A stretch of DNA of 63,858 nucleotides, the filler included, from Octopus bimaculoides (Eukaryota), in assembly GCF_001194135.2 (NCBI RefSeq). It is 5 parts of 3 records of this genome, joined end to end, with 100 filler letters (N's around TTAATTAATTAA, not from the genome) between each part and the next. Parts side by side here need not be neighbours in the genome. Positions count along the whole stretch, not along the records: positions 1 to 5,529 come from NC_068981.1; positions 5,630 to 30,658 come from NC_068981.1; 3 more parts are not named here. One strand, written 5' to 3'. The notes under the pieces were generated by a model. That model saw only the letters and a program-made list of their open reading frames with translations, was not told the origin of the DNA and did no database searches. The translations under genes and the position numbers were made by a program. Positions 1 through 13,161 of the stretch are shown here, in pieces (position 1 is the stretch's first letter; the number at the start of each line of letters is the position of its first letter).

Positions 1-40
1 AGTGAAGTGAAAGCACGTTATAAAAATAAAACTACTGAAA

Positions 41-127
<87 letters not shown>
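41..127 (+). repeat. (AAT)n microsatellite
   Basis: Perfect AAT run. Confidence 0.99.
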
Positions 128-128
<1 letters not shown>

Positions 129-712
129 TACAGACCGGATCATCAAAGCAAATACACCAGATATTGTTTTGAAAGATCAAAACAATAAAGTCTGTTTATT
201 GATTGACATGAACATACATTGTGACCATAATATCTCGGCAAAAGAATTCGTTAAACTCTGAAAATATTAAGATTTGTTAATCGAAATCGAAAAGATGTGT
301 TATCTCGAGACGGTTACAATACCAGTGATTGCAGGAGCACTTGGAGTGATCAAAACAGGAACTGAAAATTATTTACCAATGATCCCTGACTTACCATCCA
401 TACAGGAAGTTCAGATGATTGTCTTAACTGGTACGTCGCATGTATTGAGAAGAGCATTGTCGCTGTGAATTTTCTTTCCTTTTTCCTCTTCATTTTCTGT
501 GTTTACATTTTTAATTTTTAATTTTTTCTTTTTCTCTCTGTCTTTCTTCCCCCTTTTTCTCTATCACATAACTTTGTAAATGAACAATCTGGTATGTTTG
601 CTTTAATGGCCTACCAATGTATATAATGCGTTTCTCTGCCCTAGATGTCAGAAAGACACTTGGCAAGAAAAGGAGACAAAATTAAAAGAAGATGATAATG
701 ACTATATTAATA
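128..712 (+). mobile_element. 5'-truncated RLE-type non-LTR retrotransposon (Dong/R4-like): restriction-like endonuclease C-terminus plus 3' UTR
   Basis: Frame from 130: TDRIIKANTPDIVLKD..CLLIDM..E..KL*KY*DL.IEIEKM..TIPVIAGALG..Q.IVLTGTSHVLRRAL*. This has a PD-D motif and two internal stops, and is flanked by (AAT)n on both sides. Confidence 0.85.
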
Positions 713-717
713 ACAAC

Positions 718-801
<84 letters not shown>
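709..801 (+). repeat. (AAT)n microsatellite
   Basis: Perfect AAT run. Confidence 0.99.
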
Positions 802-1912
802 TTCTTCTATTGGCCACACGGACCCAAGACATGAAGGACAATATTGAAGGACGAGTTATAGCACAAAGAAAAATTACAAAATCATGTGGAAATCATGTGG
901 GCTTAATATCAATCAAGGGGAAATACTACCACATTAAAAGAAATAACAGAGGATATATGTTTAAAAGAGAAATGAATAATAAATAAGTAAGTAAATAAAT
1001 AGAATCCCTAATAGCGGGGTAGTCCACTAAGAGTAATCCCGGGTTACTCTGCCATTTCCAAAGCATGCGAAAATGCCCTCTTCCAGTTTCATTCTTCTTG
1101 CTTAGAAATGCCTATTCAGAGTATATCCATTCAGTCTCACCAGTCTTGCCACTGTCGACCACCTTTGGATAAACACACTGGAAGGCAGTACCTCCCTCTC
1201 TACCCAATAAGACCGAACCTGAGCCAACGTTTCTCTAAAAGAAACGGAGAAACTTTCAAAATACAAAGATCTGGAAATACACACAAATTAAATTAAGATA
1301 TATTTCTCTTTACTTTTAGCTTTGCTTTCTTTCTTCCTCCTTTATTCTTTATCTTTAATTTATCTTAGGTACTCTCCCAGCTACCCACTGTTCTTAGCCT
1401 ATTATAATGAAATATTAACTACGCTCCACTCCAGCCTCTCTAAGAACCAGTCCAGCAGATTCCTATCTCACCAAGATCAATGACCTCAGATATCATACAA
1501 CACCCTTTCACAAACTATCTTCTTAACCTCAACGGCCAGCTTTATTGGTCTTTCTCCCGTTTCATAGTTGGCCTCGACAGACTTCAAGCACGTCTCTGCT
1601 TTATTCTTGGAATATTCTGTTGTCTGAAAAATTACGTTTCATCTGATGATTACGGTTTTTTTGTAAAGGAGTAATGTTCTCATTCTTTTATTAAAAAGAT
1701 ACGTAAGAAACAGCTGTAAGCGTCTGTTATAATTCATTTGATTATAGAGTATACCAACAACGTACTATTCAAAATAATACGTGACACAACCGGAATATCA
1801 TATTTGTTATTTATCAAGCATAGACCGGAACCACAGGTTTAACCAACCCTACCTGGTACATATCTTTTCAAGTACCTGATTCTATCTGAATCCTTATTTT
1901 AATATATATATA

Positions 1913-2515
1913 CAGGGTGTTCAAAAAGTCTCTTCGCAGTAAGTATTTTATTGCAAAAAGATGGTATAAGACTGCAAAAGAATATATTAAACTTTACAAG
2001 ACTTTAAAAAACTTTATAAGAAGTGTTGAAAGTGTCGTCCTTCGTTTTTAATGCATAAAATTTAATTTCTTATGTACTGCCGTGTGAGCACCATCTCGGC
2101 TGATTTCCGTTTCCTGTGACAATTTGCGTAAGGACTTTGATGGGCTTACCAACAGTTTATCAGAAATATAGGAGAGTGTTTCGTCCGAAAGAACAGTAGG
2201 CCTACCGCTTCTTGCTGCGTCTTCCACTGAACTTGTGTTTCTAAATTTTCTTATCAAATCCCGCACAGTGTCACGATGTGGAACCACAGTATTTGGAAAA
2301 GTTTCACTGAATTTCTGTTTCCTAGTATTTGTGTATTTGTTTCCAGCTCGAAATACTCACTCAACTAAAAACGTACGTTCTTCAATGGTTAGAATGTCGA
2401 TACGCTGAAGGGTACACAATGACTGAGGGACAATGGCTGACACCCGGCTGCCCACGCAGTTGCATATGCGCAGGATGCGAAAGATTCACTGCGGATAGAC
2501 TTTTTGAATACCCTG
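1913..2515 (-). mobile_element. Internally deleted Tc1/mariner element (DUF4817/maT-like HTH N-terminus)
   Basis: TIRs cagggtgttcaaaaagtc / gactttttgaataccctg with TA on both sides; minus-strand peptide FPNTVVPHRDTVRDLIRKFRNTSSVEDAARSGRP. Confidence 0.9.
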
Positions 2516-2517
2516 TA

Positions 2518-2548
<31 letters not shown>

Positions 2549-3765
2549 GCCGGAATAAGCACATAAATGCGAAACAAGGTGGAAAAAAGATTCTGTAATA
2601 AAAGAGGCACAGAAATAATTCGCAGATAGAAAACACAGCAGATAAAATTACAACGATAATAAAAAACAAAACAGTAAAGTGAATTAGTTTAACATATTTT
2701 CTCGTAGTAATATGACCAAATCTTCTTTAATCCACTTATAAATTGTTAAATGTCAAAAATTCGGGTTTAAAGCAGTAGAAATATTAGCATCCATTATTGC
2801 ATAGAGTAGATCATTATCTTTTAGTGTAGAAATATTTAAATTGCCATACTTCTCTAATAAACTCATATTTTGAATGAGAAACGTGCAAGTGGATCTTTGA
2901 TGTAATGCATTATACGCGACAGTCTCACTTAAACGACTGGGAAGAACGAAAAGAATAAAACTGAAAAATATGTAGCCGATCAAACACAAAAAGGGATTCC
3001 TTTTCATAACTTTTTGGGACTCCTAATATTAAGGTGCGATAACCTAATAGTATGCGGTCTTGTACAAATATGTTTGTTGTTTCATATAAAAAGAAGTAAT
3101 GCATCAAAGATTACTGAAAGAGGAAATAGAATACAAACGAATCTTCTTAGTCTTGAGGCAAAGAAAGAAGAATAATGGAAGCAAAATAAGCAAGACAGAA
3201 AATAAGAGAAACTGTAGGTATCATGGTTTTCGTTGAACCACACGGATTTTTATGGCAATGTGTTTTGACGGAGGAAATGAAGGTTATTTAGCCAGTGAAA
3301 CAAGACTAATAATTAATGGAAAATATGCCCACACAACTGCTCCAATGATATTTGAATAGTTGATAAACATACTGTTTTCCATGATATTTCCAGAACAAAT
3401 GGATAAACTTGGCGTTCATTTTTACGATTTTCACAGCAATAATTCTTTAGTACATTCCGAAATATAGCCAATCTTCTATAAGCTTCAAATATGTAAGGGC
3501 TGTTCAAATTTATAAAAACAAACACACGTATCCATATTATACCATTTTCAATTTATCAATAAATAAGATTCTTTTCAATTCCTTGAAGATCAAATATATT
3601 ATATCATGTCTCTGAATATTTTGTTTTACACAATTTATATCGATATCAATCCTTAGGTTAGCAATGTAGACATCTAACATATCAAAAAATGACTTGCAAA
3701 ACCTTAGAATAATAACATCGAAAAATACCTTAGGAATGAGAATCCAGATTCAAAATTTCCCCAAG

Positions 3766-3809
3766 ACACCTGATGAAGACTAGAGGGTATATCAGCTGAA
3801 ACGTTGTGT
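3766..3809 (+). ncRNA. Degenerate Penelope-type minimal hammerhead ribozyme motif
   Basis: acac-CTGATGA-(21 nt)-GAAAC-GTT-gtgt; palindromic stem III AACGTT; stem II poorly paired. Confidence 0.5.
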
Positions 3810-3864
3810 TAACAACAAACAAGATGAGGACAAATATCAGTCAATTGTAAATAATGTAAATAAT

Positions 3865-5185
3865 ATACTAGACTATTATTTAAAACTATGAAGTCACTTT
3901 ATTTTAAAGTTATTTAGAAATTCAAGTGGACTTAGTGGCATAATATATTGTAAATGAACATTACGTGACTGCTTCGAAATGTAAACCTTGTATCTTTACT
4001 ATCATATTAAAACACTTGAATCTCCTGTTTTTCCTCGCATATCAACACTTCAAACAATAAAGCTATTAATACATTTTCATTTTTATCCGGATTGTGTCTG
4101 AAAATATTCGACTTAATCGTATTCACCGTCATCTAGATTACATTTCCAGTATGTCTAAAGCTACAAGGTTTACCGAAATTGAACAAAGGAAGATTCTTGC
4201 ATTGAAAATGGAAAGAATGACTAACCAAAAGATTGTTGAGAAGACTAGGCGAAGCAGAACTCCAATGAATAATTTCCTGAAAAATCCTGATGGCTGCAAC
4301 TGGATTCATGTTGGTAGACGTCCCAAAGCTTCATCAGAAACGGATGAAAGGGCCTTGACATCCACCGTCAGAAGAGGCCTTTTGAACTTCAGGTGGCTGA
4401 AGAAGCGACTAGGGCGTCTGTTATTGTCCCCCTCCCCACAAAGCTATTAGATTTGAGTTTGCTCAGTAGCATCAAAGTGGTATAGTGAATGGAACAGGGT
4501 CCTATTCTCTGGTGAGAAAAAATGGTGTTTGGATGGCTCCGACGGTTATACGTATTACTGAGCGGATAATGTGTACAAAATTCTAATTATTACAACTGCT
4601 AGAAAAGCGGCGAAGGTCTTATGGTATGGGGAGCAATAGCTAACAATGAAAAGCTGCCACTTGTCATCATGGCTGGCCGTTTCAATGCTGCATGCTATAT
4701 CGGTATGTTGGACAGGGCTCACATTGACGAAGGCTCCAAGTTCCGACCTCAATCCTATAGAGAATGCCTGGTGATATCTCACGAGAGCGAAGGCAAGAAG
4801 TATTCATTGGTTGGTTAACTTGAAACGGCAATAAAGAAGGCCTTGGAAGAGCTTCCACTTGATTTGCTGCAGAAGTTGACTGGATGCATGAAATCGCGTG
4901 TCTTTAAAGTAATTCAGAAAGAAGTGGTTAAACACACTATTGTTGATGTATTGCATGAGAATATCATTGAAATATACCATAACGTCCCTGTTTTGCATTA
5001 TTTTTGCAACATTATTCAACCTGATGTTATAGCTTTGAACAGCGGGTTTCTGGTTCATTTTGTTGTTTTTTTTATTATTTTCTAGTTAATTTGGATTTCA
5101 ATAAATTTGAATATTGTAATGCCTTCTTCTGTTCCATTTCCTATCAAGAGGTGACTTTCATGAATTTCGGGAGTATAGTTCGTCA
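3865..5185 (+). mobile_element. Decayed Tc3-like (Tc1 family) transposon
   Basis: Fragments MSKATRFTEIEQRKILAL (HTH), W.RVLFSGEKKWCLDGSDG, MVWGAI and C-terminal LPLDLLQKLTGCMKSRVFKVI; ends are degenerate and approximate. Confidence 0.8.
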
Positions 5186-5485
5186 GAAGAAACAGACAAT
5201 GCTTTGGCTTTATAGAGTTGAAGAGCAGTTTAAATGCACATAAATGCTACATCAAAGGACATTAGAACTGTTTCCCAGCAGAAAAACGTGTCGGAGTGGA
5301 ATTTAATGTGAATTTAATGCGGAAAATTATATATCGATTATATATTCTGCATGTTGTATGAAATCCATTGGAGAAAACTCAGGATTTACCTATTGAGTGA
5401 AGTACTGTTTAATTGTTTGATCTTAGGCAACTGTGTGTTCCCTATCATTCGATGTGCTTAACCAGATCTGGATTATATCAGTGTA

Positions 5486-5529
<44 letters not shown>

Positions 5530-5630
5530 NNNNNNNNNNNNNNNNNNNNNNNNNNNNNNNNNNNNNNNNNNNNTTAATTAATTAANNNNNNNNNNNNNNN
5601 NNNNNNNNNNNNNNNNNNNNNNNNNNNNNT

Positions 5631-5974
5631 ATGTAATATAAAAATGGATGGTACAATGAAATGAAGTATTGATTGTCTTATTGAATATATGGAATATGTC
5701 TTATTGAATATATGAAATATTGAGTGTTCAATATAAAGGATTAAATATATAAAGGCTAAATATATAAAGGCAAATACGTGTTTTCAATACCTTGTGGTAT
5801 TTCATCATGGCCGGTATCTGACAGTCTGTTACAGTCTTTATATATTTAGCCTTTATATATTTAATCCTTTATATTGAACACTCAATATTTCATATATTCA
5901 ATAAGACATATTCCATATATTCAATAAGACATTCAATACTTCATTTCATTGTACCATCCATTTTTATATTATAT
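5631..5974. mobile_element. Foldback/MITE-like element with about 139-bp inverted arms and a 66-bp spacer
   Basis: 5631-5769 is a near-perfect reverse complement of 5836-5974. Confidence 0.85.
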
Positions 5975-6071
5975 ATTATATATTCCATATTCTATATCCC
6001 ACATTAATTTTACAAGAATATAAATAAAGCATGGGAGCAGACAGAGTTGGAACTCTTTTAAATAAAATTAC

Positions 6072-6190
<119 letters not shown>

Positions 6191-8404
6191 ATACACACAA
6201 CCAATGACCTTACATTGAAAGGATATTCGAGAAAAAAAGTCCCCAGAGTTATTTCCCTTATATTACCTCTTCAAAAAAATATAAATCTGTTAGCAACAAA
6301 TCAACATGTCATCGTCTGTCTGTAAGCATGTTTTTAGTGTGTTGCGCTGCTACAGACCGGCAACGGTAAAACAATTACTATGTACTTTAGGTAAGTCAAC
6401 AGCACTAACATCTGCCTAAATGAACATATACATATCTACTTCTCACTTTATATATATTTTAAGTAAACTCTAATTTATTTACTCTTCGCTAAACTGGATA
6501 AACTTCTGATTCTTATATTTTACCTTTCACCTGTGATTCACATAACTGCCTCGAACTTCTGGAAATGTAGATGGAATACATTGTGTGACATTCATAATTT
6601 AGTTAACTCTGAATTGAAGCTTAAACGTGGACTCGTCCTGGTCGCTGTTATATACCACAGCTTTGTATTAATGGCATGTGTTTACTAAATTAATTTCTAG
6701 TTTCGGGTAGTGGTGCATGCGTTTATACATACACAAACCCACATTTTGCTTTTAACAGTCATAAACAAATAATTATCATTTAATATATCCACCTTTACTA
6801 CGATATCGTAATTGCGAGTCAACGAGGGAAACTGCAACCAGCCTCTTGACCTGCAAGAAATAGCAGCCAAAACATCTTCCGCTCATACAGAAAATACATA
6901 TTAAATGTTGTAATCTTTCATATCCCAAAGATGGATCGGTGTCTGTTGGTATGTCCTTTATCTCAGGTCTGCTCAACCAATCTTCATTTAGTAGCAGCGA
7001 TAATAAATTATTTTTGTATTACCATTACAGAGAGAAAATAAGATACTATTAGCTGGGTTTGTCATTGAAAGGCCTCGTTCCAAAGTAAACATAATAAGCG
7101 GCTTCCACAGAATTTCCACTACAAATAAAAACAAAAAGAAAAACACATTAAAATGATATTTAAAAATAAAAGCAAGTTCTTTTTTCCATTTTATATCAAG
7201 CGACAATTCTGATTAGTATTTTATTAAGCCCTGGCAAACTGGTCCTTGTTTCCCCTTCAAGACTGTGCTAAAAATGGCAGCCTTATACCCTATCATCTTG
7301 ATATGCCATGTTCGAAAGAAGTACGAAGGTCATGGCTGGGACTCTTTTAGTCATATTTATTTAGACTGTCCTTTGACAAGTCTTTCAGTTGTGCTTCCAT
7401 CCATCTCAATCCTTTGTAAGGAATGTGAGACGTAATACCTCGTAACTGTTTTAGGCATGAGCCCTTATCCACCCTTTACTCCAAAATCGCTGGGTGAGAT
7501 GAGATTTGGAGCCAGGTGCAAGCAATAGCCATGGTTTTCATTCAGTTTGTCTTCTTAAATGGGTCGTCATTCACAGCTGAACTCTATCTGCCTTTGCTAT
7601 TTGCCCCTAGCTGGAACTGTTGTTGACATAACACCGTGTTCACATGATGTGTGCCTATACTCTTAGGCCCACTACTGCTCTGAGATCCCTTACAGTTTGA
7701 TCATAGATCTGCCAGATCTATGATATAGGACTAATCTACTGTGTTCATTGTAACAGAATGTATAAATCAGCTTTAATTAAAACTTCACCTTTTACCCTGA
7801 GGTGCCACCTGGATACTTCATCACCACTATCTCTTAGCTTCTACTGATTCATTTGCCACTCTCTCCTAAATGTGTGAAGCCATGTAGCTCCTCTAAAACA
7901 AAAGCATGTTCTGTCCCATCCCCTTGACTCATGCCCTAGCCCTCATCTGCTAGCATAGATACCTTCCCCTTGGGTTTCATGGCCTTGCAAGCTGCATGGC
8001 AACTTCACTAGTGCCAGTGGCATGACAAGCACCCAGTACATATTGTATAGTGATTGGCATTAGGAAGGGAATCCAACCAATAAAAACCATGCTAAAGCAG
8101 ATACTGGCACACAGTGCAGTCTTTGGACCCACCAGGTCCTTACAAACTATCCAAACCATTGAACATGGATGTTAAGTGATGATTATGATGGGTTCAAATG
8201 GTTAACAGCTCTCATTTGTAATGTCTTCTCATGCTGGCATCTTACTCTACCAGCCCCAAGTACATCATCATCATTTTAACATCTACTTTTGTGTAGGTCA
8301 GATGGAATTTGCTGAGACAGATTTTCTATGGCTGAATGCTCTTCCTGTCACCAATCATCATCGGTTTCCAAGTAACATATTTCCCATGACCAGACATGCT
8401 TTCA

Positions 8405-8945
8405 CATCATCGTCGTTTAACGTCTGCTTTCCATGCTAGCATGGGTTGGACGATTTGACTGAGGACTGGTGAAACCAGATGGCTACACCAGACTCCAATC
8501 TGATTTGTCAGAGTTTCTACAGCTGGATGCCCTTCCTAACGCCAACCACTCAGAGAGTGTAGTGGGTGCTTTTTACGTGCCTCAGGCACAAAGGCCAGTC
8601 AGGCAGTACTGGCAACGGCCATGCTCAAAATGGTGTATTTTATGTGCCACCCGCACAAGAGCCAGTCCAGGGGCACTGGCAACGATCTCGCTCGAAAGTC
8701 CTTACACATGTCGCGGGCACAAGTGCCAGAAAGGCGACGCTGGGCACAGGTGCCATCACGATTTCGCTTTCGCTTGCCCCATTAAGTCTTAGTTTCGTGT
8801 CCAATGAGGGAGACAACGTTGGCATGGGTGCCAGACGTGAAATTTAACTCGATTTCGATTTCACTTGCCTCAACAGGTCTTCGCAAGTGGAGTTTAGTGT
8901 CCAATGAAGGAAGGAAGGTACGCATAAGTGGACTGGCTGAGGCCT
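8405..8945 (-). mobile_element. RTE LINE 3' end (5'-truncated)
   Basis: Same sequence as the 3' UTR of the RT-bearing RTE copy at 35771-37503; (GAT)n tail. Confidence 0.85.
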
Positions 8946-9073
8946 TAGATTTAGGTCAGAAGATTAGAGATGAAAGACACTGCTTGCATGGCAGTGTCAC
9001 TTACAGCTATTGCACAAAATCAAAGACAAGGAGAAAATAACACATATACATACATGCATATATATATATATAC

Positions 9074-9120
<47 letters not shown>

Positions 9121-9899
9121 TTTGGACATGTGACACATATGAATGTAGACAGCTGTATAAAGAAGAGCTGACTGCTGAAAGTGGATGGCACTTGTGGAAG
9201 AGGGAGACTCAGGAAGACATGGGATGAAGTAATGAGGACCAATTTCAGGGTGTTGGGCCTCATGGAGGAGATGACAATGGACTGAGATACCTGGTGATAT
9301 GTGATTCTTGAGAAGACCCACCCCCTGCAGCAAAACTGAGTTCTGGGAGTGTTGTGTGTTCTACCCACATGTAACAATAAATAAAATATTTCACACACCC
9401 TACCCCAACAAACTGCATCTCCTCTTATCTTCCTCACTTTTCCTCTTTCTCAAGCACTATGCTTATGCTTATCTCTCACTGCCCTGCTCACTGTGTCATT
9501 GCTATCCTGTTGTCCCTTACCTCCTCTTTATACCCTTCTTTCACCAGTCACTGCATTCCCCACCCCTACATTCTTTGCATTCATGTGAAGTCCCTACTCA
9601 TGCACCCTTGGCAACACTCTAGCATCCCCATTTATATTCTGATCCCCATACCATGAAGGTATGCCCTGGCACTTGACCACCATCTCTCTCTTGCACTAAA
9701 ACTCTCACGTTCTCTTCCACTCTCTCTCTCATTCTTGATCACACTCTCTCTTTCTCTTGCTCTCTCTCTCTCTCTGATTGGGTAATCATGTCTCTCCTCT
9801 ACAGCAAGACACCTGTTTCTGTCCTTTCTGTCACATTCTAACCTCTCATCACCTGGCACAAGGCTACCTCCTCCTATCACCCCCTCCCCTCAAAAGATC

Positions 9900-10210
9900 T
9901 TTGTCTTGCAAGTTACTTGATGACACCCCCCACCCCCAGTGCTGGTGTATCCAGTCCACACTGTAAAGTGGTTGGTTCTTTGGAAGGGCATCCAGCTGCA
10001 AAAAAAAAAACATGCCAAAACAGGCCTTACCAGTGCTGGTGCCATGTACAAAGCACTCACTCCACTTTGTAAGGTGGTTGGTGTTAGGAAGGGCATCCAG
10101 CCAAAACATACAGCAAAGTCTGGTGCAGTCTTCTACCTAGCAAGCCCCTGCCAAACCATTCAACCCATGCCAGCATGGAAAACACATTAAATGATGATGA
10201 TGATGATGAT
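9900..10210 (+). mobile_element. RTE LINE 3' end with (GAT)n tail
   Basis: Ends caacccatgccagcatggaaaac..ttaaatgatgatgat. Confidence 0.8.
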
Positions 10211-11534
10211 TATATATATATATATATTATACAAACTTCTTTTGGTTTCTGTCGACCAAATCTGCTTACAATGCTTTGTTTGGCCCAGGGTTTTAGTAGC
10301 GGGCACTTACCCAAGGTGCCATGCAGTGGAGCTGAACCCCAAACCATGTGCGAGAAGTAAATGTTTTATCACACAGCCATGTCTGTTCCTATTGAGCTAC
10401 ACCTGTACCTATTGAAGGAAACTGAATCCAAGAAGAGTAATCAACAGTTGTTGCTACAAAGTTTAGCTCATGAAAATCTATAGCTACTGATAATAATACA
10501 TAAGTACAAAACTACAAATTTATTGGCAAATAGAATGAGATTGTGTAACTGTGATGCCTCTCTCAAAGGTATTTTGTTTTTTACTTGCTGGGTCTGGAGG
10601 AAAGGTTTTACATCCCCATCCCACTCCCATCCCCCAAAACTGGTGGGATTGATACTGTTAACATTGTGCTTAATTTGTTGCAAGTCAGTATCTGCAGGAA
10701 AGGCATTCTAGAGGGCTAACATTTTGAAGAAAAAGGATTGGATTAAGTCATAAGTGCAGAAGTGGATGTGAGTGGATATAACATGGGTGATGGGAAGGAG
10801 AGACAAGATCATTTGGGAGTGTATGAGTGCAGGTGACATGAGAACAACCAGCTGGAAGGTTCCAAGGCTACTATAATAGCAGAAGAAAAGGCAGATAGAG
10901 AAGACGGGACACTTGTGAGCCAGAGGGCAAGGGCATGCTCAGTTTGCTGACTGACAGGTAGGCTGTAGTTGGGAATTGTTGTGATTATGACTTTAAATGG
11001 CCTCTAGCAGTGAAGTCCTGGTTCCAGAGGAATGTGGAACCACCTTTTAGTCACTATTGTTCCCAGAGTAGTAGCACCTGTCAGGGTCCAAGTTATTGAT
11101 TAATTAATATGTCATGGTATTGCCTCTGGAAAAAAGTCACTCACAGACACCCTAACTAACCCCGAGCAGATGAGGCCCTTTAGTTCTTTAGCTGCTCATG
11201 AAAGAGAAGATAAGTCTATACAAATCCTGCATCTTAATAACCACTGGGCTTGTGGCACTTGTTGCACCAGGCCAATATAAGTTTGAAAGAAAAGAGAGTT
11301 GGACTGGCTTTGGGTAAACCATGCTCATTATAATAATATTCATTGTGAAGGTTGTTCAGCAAACCAAAACACCAGCACCTACACCATCACACTTTTATGC
11401 AGTGCTTCTGTACCTTGCTGAACCCTCATTCATTGAAGCAACAAGATAGTCCAGCAGTTGGGAGATAAATCTGCTACTTAATAAATAAATATTTTTAAAG
11501 TGGTCTTATTTTGAAGTAGTGATTTAAAAAAAGG

Positions 11535-11865
11535 GTAATGACCCCTTTTAGTTATGAATGACCATGGGATTGCACCTAGGAAGTTCCCCTTTGAGGCACA
11601 AATCTATGAAAAATTGTTTGTGGAAGACCAGCAGTCATCCATGCATAACAGCCTCCCCTCTCCATACCACCAATGTTGTGCAAGGGAAAGGCAAGGGCCA
11701 ATACAGCTTGGTACCAGTGATGTCCAAACTTATTTTTGTAGCTGAGTGAACTGAAGCAACGTGAAATGAAGTGTCTTGCCTGAGAACACAACACACAGTC
11801 CAGTCCAGGAATCGAACTCACCTCATGTTTGTGAGCCTGACACTCTAACTACTGAGCCATGCACT
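11535..11865 (-). mobile_element. tRNA-derived SINE (second family; another copy at 25741-26020 on +)
   Basis: Reverse complement begins atggctcagtagttagagtgtcaggctcaca...gagttcgattcc (A/B box-like); body shared with 25741-26020 and 60885-61044. Confidence 0.75.
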
Positions 11866-13161
11866 GTCATGAAGTAGTAACAGAGGGACAATATATCTCA
11901 TGCATGAGTAAATTTAGTGCTGTGGCATTCCCAAATTGGTAAATAAAGTCAAATTACTTCATCTGAGGATTGTAACCAATAATGATTTCTAACAGACATA
12001 AGGCCCCAAATTTTGGGTATGATATATTCTATTATTACTCTAGTGCTGAGGCTGATTGATTTATTAATTTTCAAGTAAGACCACAAATGTGAATATATTT
12101 GATTGCTATCTATGTTATTGATTCTGAAAGGATGAAAGGCAAAGTCAACATTGATGAAATATAAATTGAAAATATCAAAGGTCAAAATACTGCAAGACAC
12201 TTTAATCTCTTGCTTCCGTATTTTAACATCTAAAGAAAAATTAAAGGTAAAACTAATCCAAATAAAACAGAACTTGAGTCATTTAAAGTATATAAGTGTA
12301 ATGAAAATTTTGGTATCTTTCTTGAGGAGCAACAGAGTTTGTATTCCTGATGTCAGTGACCCCTCTAGGGTGCAAGCCTGGACTGGGTGTTTGGAGACCC
12401 AGGTTCTGGACTGGCCAGACATCAAAATATGCTTGTATGATCAAAAGGAGTGCAGAGCACTACATTTGGCATCAGTTTGACTGCAGGAGTTGTAAGAATG
12501 GAATCAGGTCAAAACCCAAGACTGACTTAGAGCTTCCATCTTGGATTTATTATGAAGTTTATTCCCAAGCTTTTTCTCACAAGACACTTAAACTATTTAC
12601 CCACAGCTGAAGGTTCTGTAACCCTGGACAGGGTTACAGATCCCTCTGAAGCTTTCAACTCCCCTTCAAGCTCACTTTTTTTATTTTTCAACAAAGATGT
12701 AATAAGTAGGATCTCCTAAACATTTTATTGCTACACATCAGCTCTGCAGGATTGAAACAATCCACTCTAGAAGAATTTTAACTGGAAAAATTTGATGTAC
12801 CATGGATACATTTTATTAAGAAATCTGAAAATAAATAATCAGATTTCTGAGAAAAATAAACCATTGTTTTATTTTACTTTATATAGGGGGAGACTAGATG
12901 TGATTTATGAGACTAGCTATACAACTTCAAGTTGACCCTAATCATGCAGACATCCAAGTCATAGCCATCTTTTTTCATTTTCAAGAATAGCGTACCCCAG
13001 ACTACACTTTCCAATGTGCTCATTTTAAAGATGGCAAGGTGTGGTTTGAAGGATATTTGGATGCTATTTTCATTTCTCTCAATCTGTTAACTCACTGTCC
13101 TAATTATTACAGAACAAATTAGTATTATCTCCTATTTCTTGTTATTGTTCTTGTTCTTCAG

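Noticed and set aside
12151-12480. 109-aa plus-strand ORF
   Set aside because: It overlaps a decayed minus-strand SINE and AT-rich filler.
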